This document shows positions 17,573 to 26,814 of a stretch of DNA of 64,000 nucleotides, piece by piece. A program made the translations under genes and the position numbers. The DNA comes from Candidatus Gottesmanbacteria bacterium (lineage in GTDB: Bacteria > Patescibacteriota > Microgenomatia > UBA10105 > UBA927): positions 3,420-67,419 of the forward strand of contig JAUXTO010000030.1 of NCBI GenBank assembly GCA_030679255.1, written 5' to 3'. Positions within the stretch are counted from its first letter, which is position 1. The number at the start of each line of letters is the position of its first letter. Under the pieces are notes generated by a model. It ran no database searches. It worked only from the letters and a program-made list of their open reading frames with translations, and was not told where the DNA came from.

Positions 17573-20188
17573 TTAGGGGCTAACCGTTGGAGTGAGTGTT
17601 GGCGTTTGCGTTGGTGTCAACGTTGGTGTAGGGGTCGGCGTTGGAAACGGCTGATTGACACTTATTTTTATCTCCCACTCGGCGACATTCCCTTTCGTAT
17701 CGATGGCTTTGGCTTTTATCGTATGCACGCCATCAGTCTTCATATCAATTGTCTCTGAAGCTTGGCTCCCGGACACTTCGCGCTCCCGATTGCCGTCGAC
17801 ATAAATTTCTATTTTATCCACCCCATTGCCACTTCCTGCCTCTACCCGGATCTTGACCTCTCTTGAGTTGACCTGCGTTTCATTTCCCGGCTCTTTGATG
17901 GATACGGCGATTGGGTCACTGGATGAAGAGGTCTCCGTCGGCGGATGAAACTTCGCATCAGTTTGGAGTCCCAGCCAGACATTAATCCCATCCTGCCAGC
18001 GGTTTTTGCCATCTGAGGAAGCCGGATCATCTTCGCTCAATACCACAAACGCACGCGTGTCATACTCACCTTTGGCTATCTGTACGGCGTTGGCAAGTTT
18101 ATTGCTATCACTTTTGGATACCTTTACATCTTTATAGATAGACGCAGCGGAAGTTGGCTCCGTGCCTTTCACAAACCGCTCTTTCCGAGTCGGGTTCCCA
18201 TCTTTGGGCGTCCCGCCTCCATAACTGTCTATCTCAAGCTCCATGATGCCACTTGGACGAACAAACGGTTCGTCCGGCCTCGTGGCCAGTGCATCCCGCA
18301 TAATCCGGTTCCAGATGGGGGCCGCGCCCGTCACGCCGGAGGCTAAACTTGGATGCATCGGAGAGTTATCGTTATTGCCCACCCATGTTCCGACGACGAC
18401 GGATGGCGTGTATCCCATCGCCCAGTTATCCCGTTTGTCATCCGTCGTACCGGTCTTGGCTGCGACTGTCTTGCCTGGAATAAAAATATAAGATCGTAAA
18501 CCAAATACTTCTTTGCGCGCGTCATTATCAGAAAGGATATCGCTCACGAGGTAGGCGATTTCGGGGCTCATCACCCGTCGTCCGGATGTGGGCTTGTGTT
18601 CATAAAGCATTTTTCCTTTGCTATCGACTACTTTGAGAAGTGCCACAGTTTCATATCGTTCTCCGGCTGCGGCCAACACCCCAAATGCCTGGGTGAGTTC
18701 TAAAAGTTTTACCTCGCCACCACCGAGCGTCAGAGACAATCCAATGCGTTTAAGATTTTCGTCCGTGGGCTCGAGGGAGTTAAGCCCCATGTCGTAAGCG
18801 AGCCGCAAGCTGTCGCGCACTCCAACGAGCGCGCTCACCTTGACGGCAATCGTATTGATGGAATTGGCGAGCGCGTACCGCAGCTGCATAGGTCCCCGGA
18901 ATTTGTTGTCATAATTTTTAGGATTGTACTCGGGTTTGGTCGTATCCCCGGAAGGATATTTGGTATCGACATCCATGAGAAGGGTCGCAGTGGTGTATCC
19001 TTTCTTAAAAGCTGCCGCGTACATGATGGGTTTGATGGCCGACCCCGGCTGCCGGAGTCCTTGGGTAACCACATTAAATTTATAACCCCCTGAGTCCGTC
19101 GCCGAGTAATCTTTCGAGCCGACCATCGCAAGGATTTCTCCCGTCTTGGGATCGATGACGATAGCAGCTCCATTGCCGACTTTCAATTTTTTCGCTTTTT
19201 CCACTTCCTCCGAGACGGCTACCTGCGCTTTTTCTTGGAGTTTCCAGTCAAGGGACGTCGTCACCGTGAGCCCTCCTCCTGCCACTAACTTTTCTCCAAA
19301 CTTATCATTGAGAAGTTGCCGGACATATGCCACAAAGTGCGGCGCGCGCAGTCCCTCATTGCCTTTGGCAAATTGTATTGTTTCCAAATCAGCTCTGGCT
19401 TTTTCTTCCTGGGCCCCAGATATATATCCATCATCCTTCATGCGGCGGAGCACATGCTGCGAGCGTCCCACATACGCCTTAGGATCCCCGGAAAAAGGCG
19501 AATAGCGGCTGGGGGATTGGGGAAGTCCGGCGATAATAGCAGCTTCCACAAGGGTCAATTCCCGCACCGGCTTACTAAAGTACTGTTCGCTTGCCGCCTC
19601 GACCCCCACGGCCGTCCCGCCATACGGCGCTTCATTGAGGTACATACGCAGAATATCATCCTTGGTATATTTGCGTTCGATCTGGATGGCAAGAATTGCT
19701 TCTTTTATCTTGCGTGGGACGGTACGCTCCTGAGTGAGCAATACATTCTTGACCAGTTGTTGGGTGAGCGTCGATCCTCCCTGGAGATTACGGAAAACAA
19801 AAATATTGAGCAGTGCCCGCAGTATCCCGGTCCGGGAGAGTCCCTGATGTTTATAAAAGTCTTTGTCTTCTACGGCAATCGTTGCGTCTTTGAGTTGTTG
19901 CGGGATGTCTTCCCATTTGACGAGGATCCTGTTTTGGTCTTCAAAGATGTCATAGAGTTTCTCGCCGTTGCGATCCAGGACTACCGTCGAGAGCCCGTCG
20001 CTTCGCTTCACTTTATCCGGCCGGGGTAAGTCTTTCGCGTACCAGGCAAACACAATGCCGACGGAAAGCACACTCCCAAGAAACAGAAAAAACGCTCCGA
20101 TGGCAATGGCCGACCACGTCTTCATTTTGAGTCGTCCCGATCCGAAAGTTTTTTTCCATTGCCTCTGAAAATGTGCTTCTCTCCACAT
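17573..20188 (-). CDS. Class A penicillin-binding protein (PBP1A family) with C-terminal Ig-like domain and PT repeats
   Basis: EDKDFYKH, GGSTLTQQL, RKIKE, QPGSAIKP, SIN and KTGT motifs. Confidence 0.95.
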   Translation of the reverse strand: MWREAHFQRQWKKTFGSGRLKMKTWSAIAIGAFFLFLGSVLSVGIVFAWYAKDLPRPDKVKRSDGLSTVVLDRNGEKLYDIFEDQNRILVKWEDIPQQLKDATIAVEDKDFYKHQGLSRTGILRALLNIFVFRNLQGGSTLTQQLVKNVLLTQERTVPRKIKEAILAIQIERKYTKDDILRMYLNEAPYGGTAVGVEAASEQYFSKPVRELTLVEAAIIAGLPQSPSRYSPFSGDPKAYVGRSQHVLRRMKDDGYISGAQEEKARADLETIQFAKGNEGLRAPHFVAYVRQLLNDKFGEKLVAGGGLTVTTSLDWKLQEKAQVAVSEEVEKAKKLKVGNGAAIVIDPKTGEILAMVGSKDYSATDSGGYKFNVVTQGLRQPGSAIKPIMYAAAFKKGYTTATLLMDVDTKYPSGDTTKPEYNPKNYDNKFRGPMQLRYALANSINTIAVKVSALVGVRDSLRLAYDMGLNSLEPTDENLKRIGLSLTLGGGEVKLLELTQAFGVLAAAGERYETVALLKVVDSKGKMLYEHKPTSGRRVMSPEIAYLVSDILSDNDARKEVFGLRSYIFIPGKTVAAKTGTTDDKRDNWAMGYTPSVVVGTWVGNNDNSPMHPSLASGVTGAAPIWNRIMRDALATRPDEPFVRPSGIMELEIDSYGGGTPKDGNPTRKERFVKGTEPTSAASIYKDVKVSKSDSNKLANAVQIAKGEYDTRAFVVLSEDDPASSDGKNRWQDGINVWLGLQTDAKFHPPTETSSSSDPIAVSIKEPGNETQVNSREVKIRVEAGSGNGVDKIEIYVDGNREREVSGSQASETIDMKTDGVHTIKAKAIDTKGNVAEWEIKISVNQPFPTPTPTPTLTPTQTPTLTPTVSP

Positions 20189-20217
20189 GCTTCTATTGTA
20201 CGTGGATGATGGGCGAC

Positions 20218-20246
20218 TTGCAATTTTCGTCAAAATGTGGTATAAG
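20218..20246 (+). promoter_or_regulatory. Sigma70-like promoter of the T-box leader
   Basis: TTGCAA-17 nt-TATAAG with an upstream TG. Confidence 0.6.
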
Positions 20247-20265
20247 TATTCGTTACAAGTTAATA

Positions 20266-20636
20266 AAAGCGTTGAAGGAGACGAAGTAATTGCTTAAAGG
20301 TGACAACGATAGAGAGGGAGCGGTTGGTGCAAGACTCCCCGAACTTAAAGTAATGAATTACTCTCCCGAGCTGTAAGGTGAACGTGCTAGTGTTACTATT
20401 TTTCTAAACCCTAGTATTACTAACTTTTTCCGGGTAAGCCCGTTATAGCGGAATGATTGTGTTGCCTGAAGCAAAGCAATCTATGAGGCTAAGTTATAAC
20501 CGACCTCTGGTCGGTTTATTTGTGGCTAAATAACGATAGTCACGACTTAGCAAACCAAGGTGGTACCGTCCCCCGCGAAGCGGGGAGCCCTTGTAAATTT
20601 CCAAGCATGTCTTGGGGATTTGCAAGGGCTTTTTTT
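20266..20636 (+). promoter_or_regulatory. T-box riboswitch, Tyr (UAC) specifier
   Basis: Stem I with AGTA, AGAGA and GGTG motifs; specifier TAC at 20359-20361; CCGTTA; T-box AAGGTGGTACCG at 20557-20568; terminator at 20586-20636. Confidence 0.92.
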
Positions 20637-20648
20637 ATGGAAAATTTA

Positions 20649-20737
20649 GCTGAGGTGGCAGAGTTTGGCAATTGCCCCTGACTGTAAATCAGGTGCCCTA
20701 CAGGGCTTCGGAGGTTCAATTCCTCCCCTCAGCACCA
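20649..20737 (+). tRNA. tRNA-Tyr(GTA)
   Basis: Acceptor stem GCTGAGG/CCTCAGC, anticodon arm CCTGA-CTGTAAA-TCAGG, long variable arm, encoded ACCA. Confidence 0.96.
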
Positions 20738-20761
20738 ATATAAATAATAAAGGAGATTAAT

Positions 20762-21568
20762 ATGAAAAATAATGAACTTGTAACAGCAAACATAAATAAG
20801 CAATCATTCCAACCGACCCCCGGTGATCGCATTCCAGAACGCGTGGAAATTTTTGATCCAAGGGAGGCGATCACATACATCGAAGGATGTGATTTTCCTC
20901 GGACATCTGATTACGCGATTGTCGCTGCAGAAATTGCACTCGGGTTCGGTGATGGAATTGGCATCAATGGTCATATCGTTGAGGTCTGCCCCGGCCCGGG
21001 TAATCTCTGCGAGGAGCTATTAGATGTTGGAGCGAAAAAAGTAACCGGCATTGATGGAAGTCCGGTTATGATTGCTCATGTAAATAACAAATTCCGTGAC
21101 CAGATTGACGCCGGACAAATGGATTTCAAGCTTGGCTTGGCTCAGCATCTCCCGTTGGCGGACGATAGCATCGACGGAATTGTCAACTTTAACTCGTTTC
21201 ATCAGTTCGCCGACGACGGACGGGCATTCGAGGCACTTCAAGAAATGGTGCGCGTGCTCAAACCAGGCGGATGGGGACTTGTGAGAGATTTTAAAAGAGG
21301 AGCATCTCAAGAGGCTATAGATAAAAGACTTGAAAAAACGAAAGAGGAAATTAAACCGTTATTGCTTGACTCGCTTACCGCAGCGTTTACATCAGATGAA
21401 TTTATAAATTTTCTAAATCAAATACCAGGAATAGCTTTTGAAGTGGAGGACACGAAAAATCCATGGCGTTTGTCAGAGCGAATTTGTGAAAGGATGAGAA
21501 ACGATCCGGTAGCGCATTGGATGGATTTTCTGATATCACAAAATGTAAAATTTTGGAAATTAATATAG
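20762..21568 (+). CDS. Class I SAM-dependent methyltransferase
   Basis: VEVCPGPG, GIDGSP, LPLADDSID and RVLKPGG motifs. Confidence 0.88.
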   Translation: MKNNELVTANINKQSFQPTPGDRIPERVEIFDPREAITYIEGCDFPRTSDYAIVAAEIALGFGDGIGINGHIVEVCPGPGNLCEELLDVGAKKVTGIDGSPVMIAHVNNKFRDQIDAGQMDFKLGLAQHLPLADDSIDGIVNFNSFHQFADDGRAFEALQEMVRVLKPGGWGLVRDFKRGASQEAIDKRLEKTKEEIKPLLLDSLTAAFTSDEFINFLNQIPGIAFEVEDTKNPWRLSERICERMRNDPVAHWMDFLISQNVKFWKLI

Positions 21569-21578
21569 GAGGTAATTT

Positions 21579-22691
21579 ATGAAAAATATGAACACAAATA
21601 AGTTTCGAGCAGATGTCGTTGGGAGCATGCTCCGACCTAAATTTCTTTTAGACGCACAGGAGCGCCTAAAGAAAGGAAAAATTACTAATGCAGAGTTGAC
21701 GCTCGCTGAAGACAAAGCAGTCAAGGAAGCCGTTGCCATCCAAGAAAAAATCGGCATGGATGTCGTGACGGATGGGGAAATGCGCCGACCGGTATTTTGC
21801 CACAACTTTGTGAAAGCATGCGATGGATTTGCCTGGAACGTGCCCGGCAATACCGTCATATGGTTTGACATGAAAGGGAACAAGATTATTGATCCGGTGA
21901 CCGTGGGTGTCGTGAAAAGAATTGAAAAGAAACATGATATTTCTGTTGATGAATTCTCATTTCTTCGTGGTATCACGGATAAACCGATTAAAGTTACGAT
22001 TCCTAGTCCCACCATGATGAGCTACTACTTCGTTCCCGGAATTTCTAATAAAGTCCACCCATCACCCATTGGATTTCTCCATGAAGTTACTCGGATATTG
22101 AAGGAGAGCGTTGATGAGCTCGAGCGCATCGGTGTCACGCACATACAGGTCGACGCACCAGACTTTGGCATGCTCCTTGATCCCGTGCAGCAGGAATGGT
22201 TTGCGCATAAAGGATTTGAGCCTGAAACGCTCATCCATGAAGGCGTTGAGATGATTAATGTGGTGCTCAGCGGCTTTTCAGGGACAAAAGCGCTCCATAT
22301 TTGCCGAGGCAACGATAAAAACCGTTTTATGGCGAAGGGTGGATACGAACAAATCTCCCGTGTCGTATTTAAAAAGGCTCGGGTAGATAGACTACTATTG
22401 GAATTTGATAGTGAAAGGGCAGGGGACTTTTCACCGTTACGACATGTGCCAAAAGATAAAATGGTGGTCTTGGGTCTTATTACGACGAAATCACCAGTGC
22501 TTGAGGAACCACAAGTAATAATACGAAGGATCAAGGAAGCATCTCAATTCATACCGATTGAGCGGCTTGCACTAAGCACGCAATGCGGCTTTGCGTCTGT
22601 TGCTAAAGGCAACAATATGACTTTTCAGGATCAGGAAAAAAAGTTACGACTGGTTGTCCATGTAGCGAGACGAGTATGGAAGGACAAGTAG
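21579..22691 (+). CDS. Cobalamin-independent methionine synthase II-like protein (single-barrel YxjH/MesD/XecA-like)
   Basis: VVGSMLRP, TDGEMRR, HICRGN, LLEFD and TQCGFAS (Zn ligands His/Cys/Glu/Cys). Confidence 0.9.
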   Translation: MKNMNTNKFRADVVGSMLRPKFLLDAQERLKKGKITNAELTLAEDKAVKEAVAIQEKIGMDVVTDGEMRRPVFCHNFVKACDGFAWNVPGNTVIWFDMKGNKIIDPVTVGVVKRIEKKHDISVDEFSFLRGITDKPIKVTIPSPTMMSYYFVPGISNKVHPSPIGFLHEVTRILKESVDELERIGVTHIQVDAPDFGMLLDPVQQEWFAHKGFEPETLIHEGVEMINVVLSGFSGTKALHICRGNDKNRFMAKGGYEQISRVVFKKARVDRLLLEFDSERAGDFSPLRHVPKDKMVVLGLITTKSPVLEEPQVIIRRIKEASQFIPIERLALSTQCGFASVAKGNNMTFQDQEKKLRLVVHVARRVWKDK

Positions 22692-22730
22692 GAAGGTTGT
22701 TTTAAGTATGTTATAGTATACAAAAGAAGT

Positions 22731-23915
22731 ATGGATGCAATTGAGGAATTATTAACAAGAGGGGTTGAGAATATTATTCCGGACAAAGAAAAACTCCGGA
22801 AGCTTTTGGTGAGTGGGAAGAAGCTCAATATCTACTTAGGTATCGACCCTACAGCGACCAATATTCACATTGGCCACGCGGTACCATTACGGAAGCTCAA
22901 TGCATTTGCCCAGGAAGGACATAATGTCACGTTTCTTATCGGAGACTTTACCGCGCTCATCGGGGATACGTCGGATAAAGATACAGAACGACCCATATTA
23001 ACGAGTGAACAAATTGAAACAAACTTTCAAACGTACAAAAAACAAGCGGAAAAAGTGTTGGATTTTTCCAAAGTGAAGGTCCGATTCAATAGCGAGTGGC
23101 TTAAGGATCTAAAATTTGCTGAAATTGTCAAGCTTACCCAACACTTCTCTGCTGGGGATTTTGTCGGCAGGGAACTTATTAAAAATCGCCTGAACTCCGG
23201 AAAGAAAGTCGGGCTCCACGAGCTTCTCTATCCCATAATGCAAGGATACGATAGTTTTCACATGGATACCGATATCCAGCTCGGTGGCACAGATCAAACA
23301 TTCAATATGCAAGCAGGACGGGTGCTTCAAAAAGATTTACGTAGTAAAGAATCGTTTATCATTGCCAACGGATTCCTTGAAGGAACGGACGGCCGTAAAA
23401 TGAGTAAGTCCTGGGGAAATGCCATATGGCTTACCGATCTTCCTAACGACATGTTTGGTAAGGTCATGTCTCTCCGCGATGAGCTCATCATCAACTACCT
23501 GACGCTCGCGACCAGTACCCCGCTCGGGGAAATTGAAAAAATGCATGCACGGCTTACGATGGGGGAGAATCCAATGGTGATAAAGAAGATTCTTGCTCAC
23601 AGGATCGTAACTGAGCTCCACTCGGAAACTTCTGCCGACCAAGCACAAACTTGGTTTGAAGAGCTGCATCAGCAAAAAAATACAACAAATGTTGATCTTC
23701 CCATCATTGCTCTCCCTTCAGGGGCAACTATCATTGACGCGCTCTCTGGCGATCCCTTCAATCAATCAACGACAGAAATAAAACGCAACATTAGCACGGG
23801 AAGCGTGGACATCAATGACCAAACAATCACCCGGGAAATGTCAAAAACGTTACTCAAAAATAATGATATAATCAAATTTGGTACAAAAAAAATTGTCAAG
23901 GTGAAACTCAAATAA
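22731..23915 (+). CDS. tyrS: Tyrosine--tRNA ligase
   Basis: GIDPT, HIGH, YPIMQGYD, GGTDQ and KMSKS motifs. Confidence 0.98.
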   Translation: MDAIEELLTRGVENIIPDKEKLRKLLVSGKKLNIYLGIDPTATNIHIGHAVPLRKLNAFAQEGHNVTFLIGDFTALIGDTSDKDTERPILTSEQIETNFQTYKKQAEKVLDFSKVKVRFNSEWLKDLKFAEIVKLTQHFSAGDFVGRELIKNRLNSGKKVGLHELLYPIMQGYDSFHMDTDIQLGGTDQTFNMQAGRVLQKDLRSKESFIIANGFLEGTDGRKMSKSWGNAIWLTDLPNDMFGKVMSLRDELIINYLTLATSTPLGEIEKMHARLTMGENPMVIKKILAHRIVTELHSETSADQAQTWFEELHQQKNTTNVDLPIIALPSGATIIDALSGDPFNQSTTEIKRNISTGSVDINDQTITREMSKTLLKNNDIIKFGTKKIVKVKLK

Positions 23916-23917
23916 GT

Positions 23918-24025
23918 ATGAACTTCTTCAGAAAACATGAACTGTTTTGGAAAGTGATCGTCGTCATCGCAAGCCTCGCGCTTATCGCGTCCTCCTTCGC
24001 GCCACTCCTCTTCGGTGGGTTATAA
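23918..24025 (+). CDS. Small single-TM protein (35 aa) MNFFRKHELFWKVIVVIASLALIASSFAPLLFGGL
   Basis: ORF fills the tyrS-recG gap; basic N-terminus plus a hydrophobic helix. Confidence 0.6.
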   Translation: MNFFRKHELFWKVIVVIASLALIASSFAPLLFGGL

Positions 24026-24032
24026 TAGGAGA

Positions 24033-26153
24033 ATGGATCTCACCCTTGCCACTCCCGTCCAATATGTCCCCCGCGTAGGACCGGCACGAGCCAAGCTCCT
24101 GGCCAAACTCGGAATCGAAACGGTCCACGACCTTCTGTATTACATTCCGTTCCGCTATGATGATTTCTCGATTGTGTCTCCGATTGCCAAAGTACGTCCG
24201 GGTGAAACGGTCACAATTGGCGGCACGGTCACGGCATTTCATAACGCCTTCACCAAATCCGGCAAAAAAATGCAGGAGGTAAAAGTAAGCGACGAGAGTG
24301 GCACACTTGAGGTCATCTGGTTTAATCAGCCCTTCCTCGTCCGGGTTTTACCGGTTGGTACCATCGTTCGACTTGCCGGCAAAATTGACTGGTACGGCCA
24401 CAAACTCGTCATGTCCTCTCCCTCCTACGAGGTGACAGGGCGAGACCCTGTCAATGTACCTCCTGCTTATTCAGCGATATCGCCAATAATGACAGGGTCT
24501 CGCCCTGTCATTCAAAGTCTTCATACCGGCCGGCTTGTTCCGGTCTATTCAGAAACTGCAGGGCTGACGTCCAAATGGTTGCGGGGCAGGATTTCATTTG
24601 TTTTAGAAACGGTCTTAAAACATCTGAACGATACTATACCGGAGTCTGTCCAATCCGATCACCATCTCGTGCCACTCGCTCGTGCAATTCAATCAGTTCA
24701 CTTTCCGGATTCGATCGTACGGTCCGAAACCGCACGCCGGCGGCTCGCGTTTGATGAACTATTTTTCCTACAACTGCGCGCATGGCATGAACGTCGCGTC
24801 TGGGAACTATCAAAAAAATCCCATGCGTGCAGGATAGACGAAAAAAAAGTCACCGAACTCATCGCCTCGCTCCCGTTTACCCTGACGGATGATCAACATG
24901 GATCGATTAAAGAAATCTTGCATGATTTGACGAGAACCTACCCCATGAACCGGCTGCTGGAAGGCGATGTGGGATCCGGTAAAACCGTCGTTGCGATGAT
25001 TGCCATGTATGTAGCCCATCTCAATGGGTTACAGTCTGTCCTTATGGCGCCCACACAAATACTGGCGGAACAACATCATAAAACTATTAAAGGTTTTCTT
25101 GAACCGTTCGGTATCTCTGTTGCCTTAATCACCGGAAATCGAAGCATGAATCAGGAATCAGGAATCAGGGTAAAACTGCATCCCGGTATTCTCGTCGGTA
25201 CTCATGCCCTCCTCTCTAAAAAAATCAAATACCAACGGTTGGGTCTTGTGGTCATCGATGAACAACAACGCTTCGGGGTCGTGCAACGAGGGACACTCGA
25301 AGAAATGACGAAGCGGGGAAATACTCCCCATTTGCTCACCATGACCGCAACTCCCATTCCGCGGACTATTGCCCGTACGATCATGGGAAATCTGGACCTC
25401 TCGGTTCTGGCAACCATACCCGGCGGCCGGAAAAAAATTAAAACGTGGGTCGTTCCGAACGAAAAGCGGGACAAAAGCTATCCCTGGATCACGCAGCAAA
25501 TCAACCAAACCGGCGGCCAAGTATTCGTCATCTGTCCCCTGATCGATGAATCAGAAACCCTTTTCACCGCAAAGGCCGCCACAACCGAATATATCCGTCT
25601 CAAATCCCTATTTCCGGAACTTCAACTTGGCCTCCTCCATGGCCGCATGAAACCAAAAGAAAAAACTGAAGTTCTCGACGCATTCCGGCGGGGTGACATC
25701 CACATGCTTGTGGCCACCCCCGTCGTCGAGGTAGGTATCGACATACCCAACGCAACAATCATGGTCATCGAGGCGGCCGAACGCTTCGGCCTGTCCCAAC
25801 TCCACCAACTCCGCGGCCGGGTAGGGAGGGGAGACCTGCAGTCATATTGTTTATTGTTTACCGAACAGGGAGAAGAACGTACCCTCACCCGTCTCAAATC
25901 CATGGAAACCACGCATAGCGGGCCGGTCCTGGCGGACATAGACCTCCAACTTCGGGGTCCGGGTGAGCTTTTCGGCACGCGCCAACATGGGATACCGGAC
26001 CTCCATGTAGCGCGTTGGACGGATACAGCCCTTATCGCTGAAACAGGAAAATCCGTGAAAGAATTGGTGGCCAGTGACCCCTCCCTCACTGCTTTTCCCC
26101 TCTTGAGAGACAAGCTCGGAGAGAGTACAATAAAAACTATAACAGTTGATTAA
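24033..26153 (+). CDS. recG: ATP-dependent DNA helicase RecG
   Basis: RLLEGDVGSGKT, DEQQRFG, MTATPIPRT, QLHQLRGRVGRG, RGPGE. Confidence 0.97.
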   Translation: MDLTLATPVQYVPRVGPARAKLLAKLGIETVHDLLYYIPFRYDDFSIVSPIAKVRPGETVTIGGTVTAFHNAFTKSGKKMQEVKVSDESGTLEVIWFNQPFLVRVLPVGTIVRLAGKIDWYGHKLVMSSPSYEVTGRDPVNVPPAYSAISPIMTGSRPVIQSLHTGRLVPVYSETAGLTSKWLRGRISFVLETVLKHLNDTIPESVQSDHHLVPLARAIQSVHFPDSIVRSETARRRLAFDELFFLQLRAWHERRVWELSKKSHACRIDEKKVTELIASLPFTLTDDQHGSIKEILHDLTRTYPMNRLLEGDVGSGKTVVAMIAMYVAHLNGLQSVLMAPTQILAEQHHKTIKGFLEPFGISVALITGNRSMNQESGIRVKLHPGILVGTHALLSKKIKYQRLGLVVIDEQQRFGVVQRGTLEEMTKRGNTPHLLTMTATPIPRTIARTIMGNLDLSVLATIPGGRKKIKTWVVPNEKRDKSYPWITQQINQTGGQVFVICPLIDESETLFTAKAATTEYIRLKSLFPELQLGLLHGRMKPKEKTEVLDAFRRGDIHMLVATPVVEVGIDIPNATIMVIEAAERFGLSQLHQLRGRVGRGDLQSYCLLFTEQGEERTLTRLKSMETTHSGPVLADIDLQLRGPGELFGTRQHGIPDLHVARWTDTALIAETGKSVKELVASDPSLTAFPLLRDKLGESTIKTITVD
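24433..24510. repeat. Inverted doublet of REP family B in-frame in recG
   Basis: TGACAGGGCGAGACCCTGTCA (24433-24453) and TGACAGGGTCTCGCCCTGTCA (24490-24510). Confidence 0.9.
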
Positions 26154-26237
26154 ATCTCAATGTCCAAATCACAATGACCAACAAGGAGTAAGGATTTTGT
26201 AATTTATTGGTCATTGAGATTTGGATATTGGGATTTG
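26151..26237. repeat. Inverted array of 7-nt periodic repeats
   Basis: aaatctc/aatgtcc/aaatcac/aatgacc followed by ggtcatt/gagattt/ggatatt/gggattt. Confidence 0.75.
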
Positions 26238-26250
26238 AAACAAAGCGTAT

Positions 26251-26457
26251 ATGGCTCCATTACCCAAACGAAGACATAGCTCGAGACGCGGAGGCAAACG
26301 GAATGCCGCCTGGCTCAAGGCATTTACCCTCCCGAGTATCATCGCGTGCGGCCAATGTGGGATGTTCCGCATCCCTCACCGTGCATGCAAATCCTGCGGA
26401 TGGTATGACGGAAAAGTCACCGTACCACAAAAAGTCAAACATACCAAAAAGAAATAA
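26251..26457 (+). CDS. rpmF: 50S ribosomal protein L32
   Basis: MAPLPKRRHS and CxxC...PHRACxxCG. Confidence 0.95.
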   Translation: MAPLPKRRHSSRRGGKRNAAWLKAFTLPSIIACGQCGMFRIPHRACKSCGWYDGKVTVPQKVKHTKKK

Positions 26458-26463
26458 GCGTCC

Positions 26464-26814
26464 ATGAAAACCTCCCAAGATCCCCGTCACCAACATCGGA
26501 TTGACCGGATGCAACAGTTATTTGCTCACGCGTTTCAGGCAAGTACTGCAGATCATTCTATTGCTGATATCCTGCCGCATATTAGTGCCCTCGATAGCGC
26601 GGTACAAGATGCAGCCCCGGAGTGGCCAACGGATAAAATTGCTAAAATTGATCTTGCTATTTTGCGTCTTGCCGCCTATGAACTCGTCATCGAAAAAAAA
26701 GAACCCCCTAAAGTCATCATCGATGAAGCCATCGAGCTTGCTAAATCGTATGGTAATGAAAACAGTCCAAAATTTGTCAACGGCGTATTAGGTACCATAC
26801 TAAAAACACTATGA
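26464..26814 (+). CDS. nusB: Transcription antitermination factor NusB
   Basis: IDLAILRL, VIIDEAIELAK and FVNGVL motifs. Confidence 0.95.
   Translation: MKTSQDPRHQHRIDRMQQLFAHAFQASTADHSIADILPHISALDSAVQDAAPEWPTDKIAKIDLAILRLAAYELVIEKKEPPKVIIDEAIELAKSYGNENSPKFVNGVLGTILKTL

Noticed and set aside
17573-17645. PT/TP repeat at the PBP C-terminus as a mobile repeat
   Set aside because: Ordinary low-complexity Pro/Thr tail.
20649-22730. Integrated island at tRNA-Tyr
   Set aside because: No duplicated tRNA 3' end and no adjacent integrase were seen.
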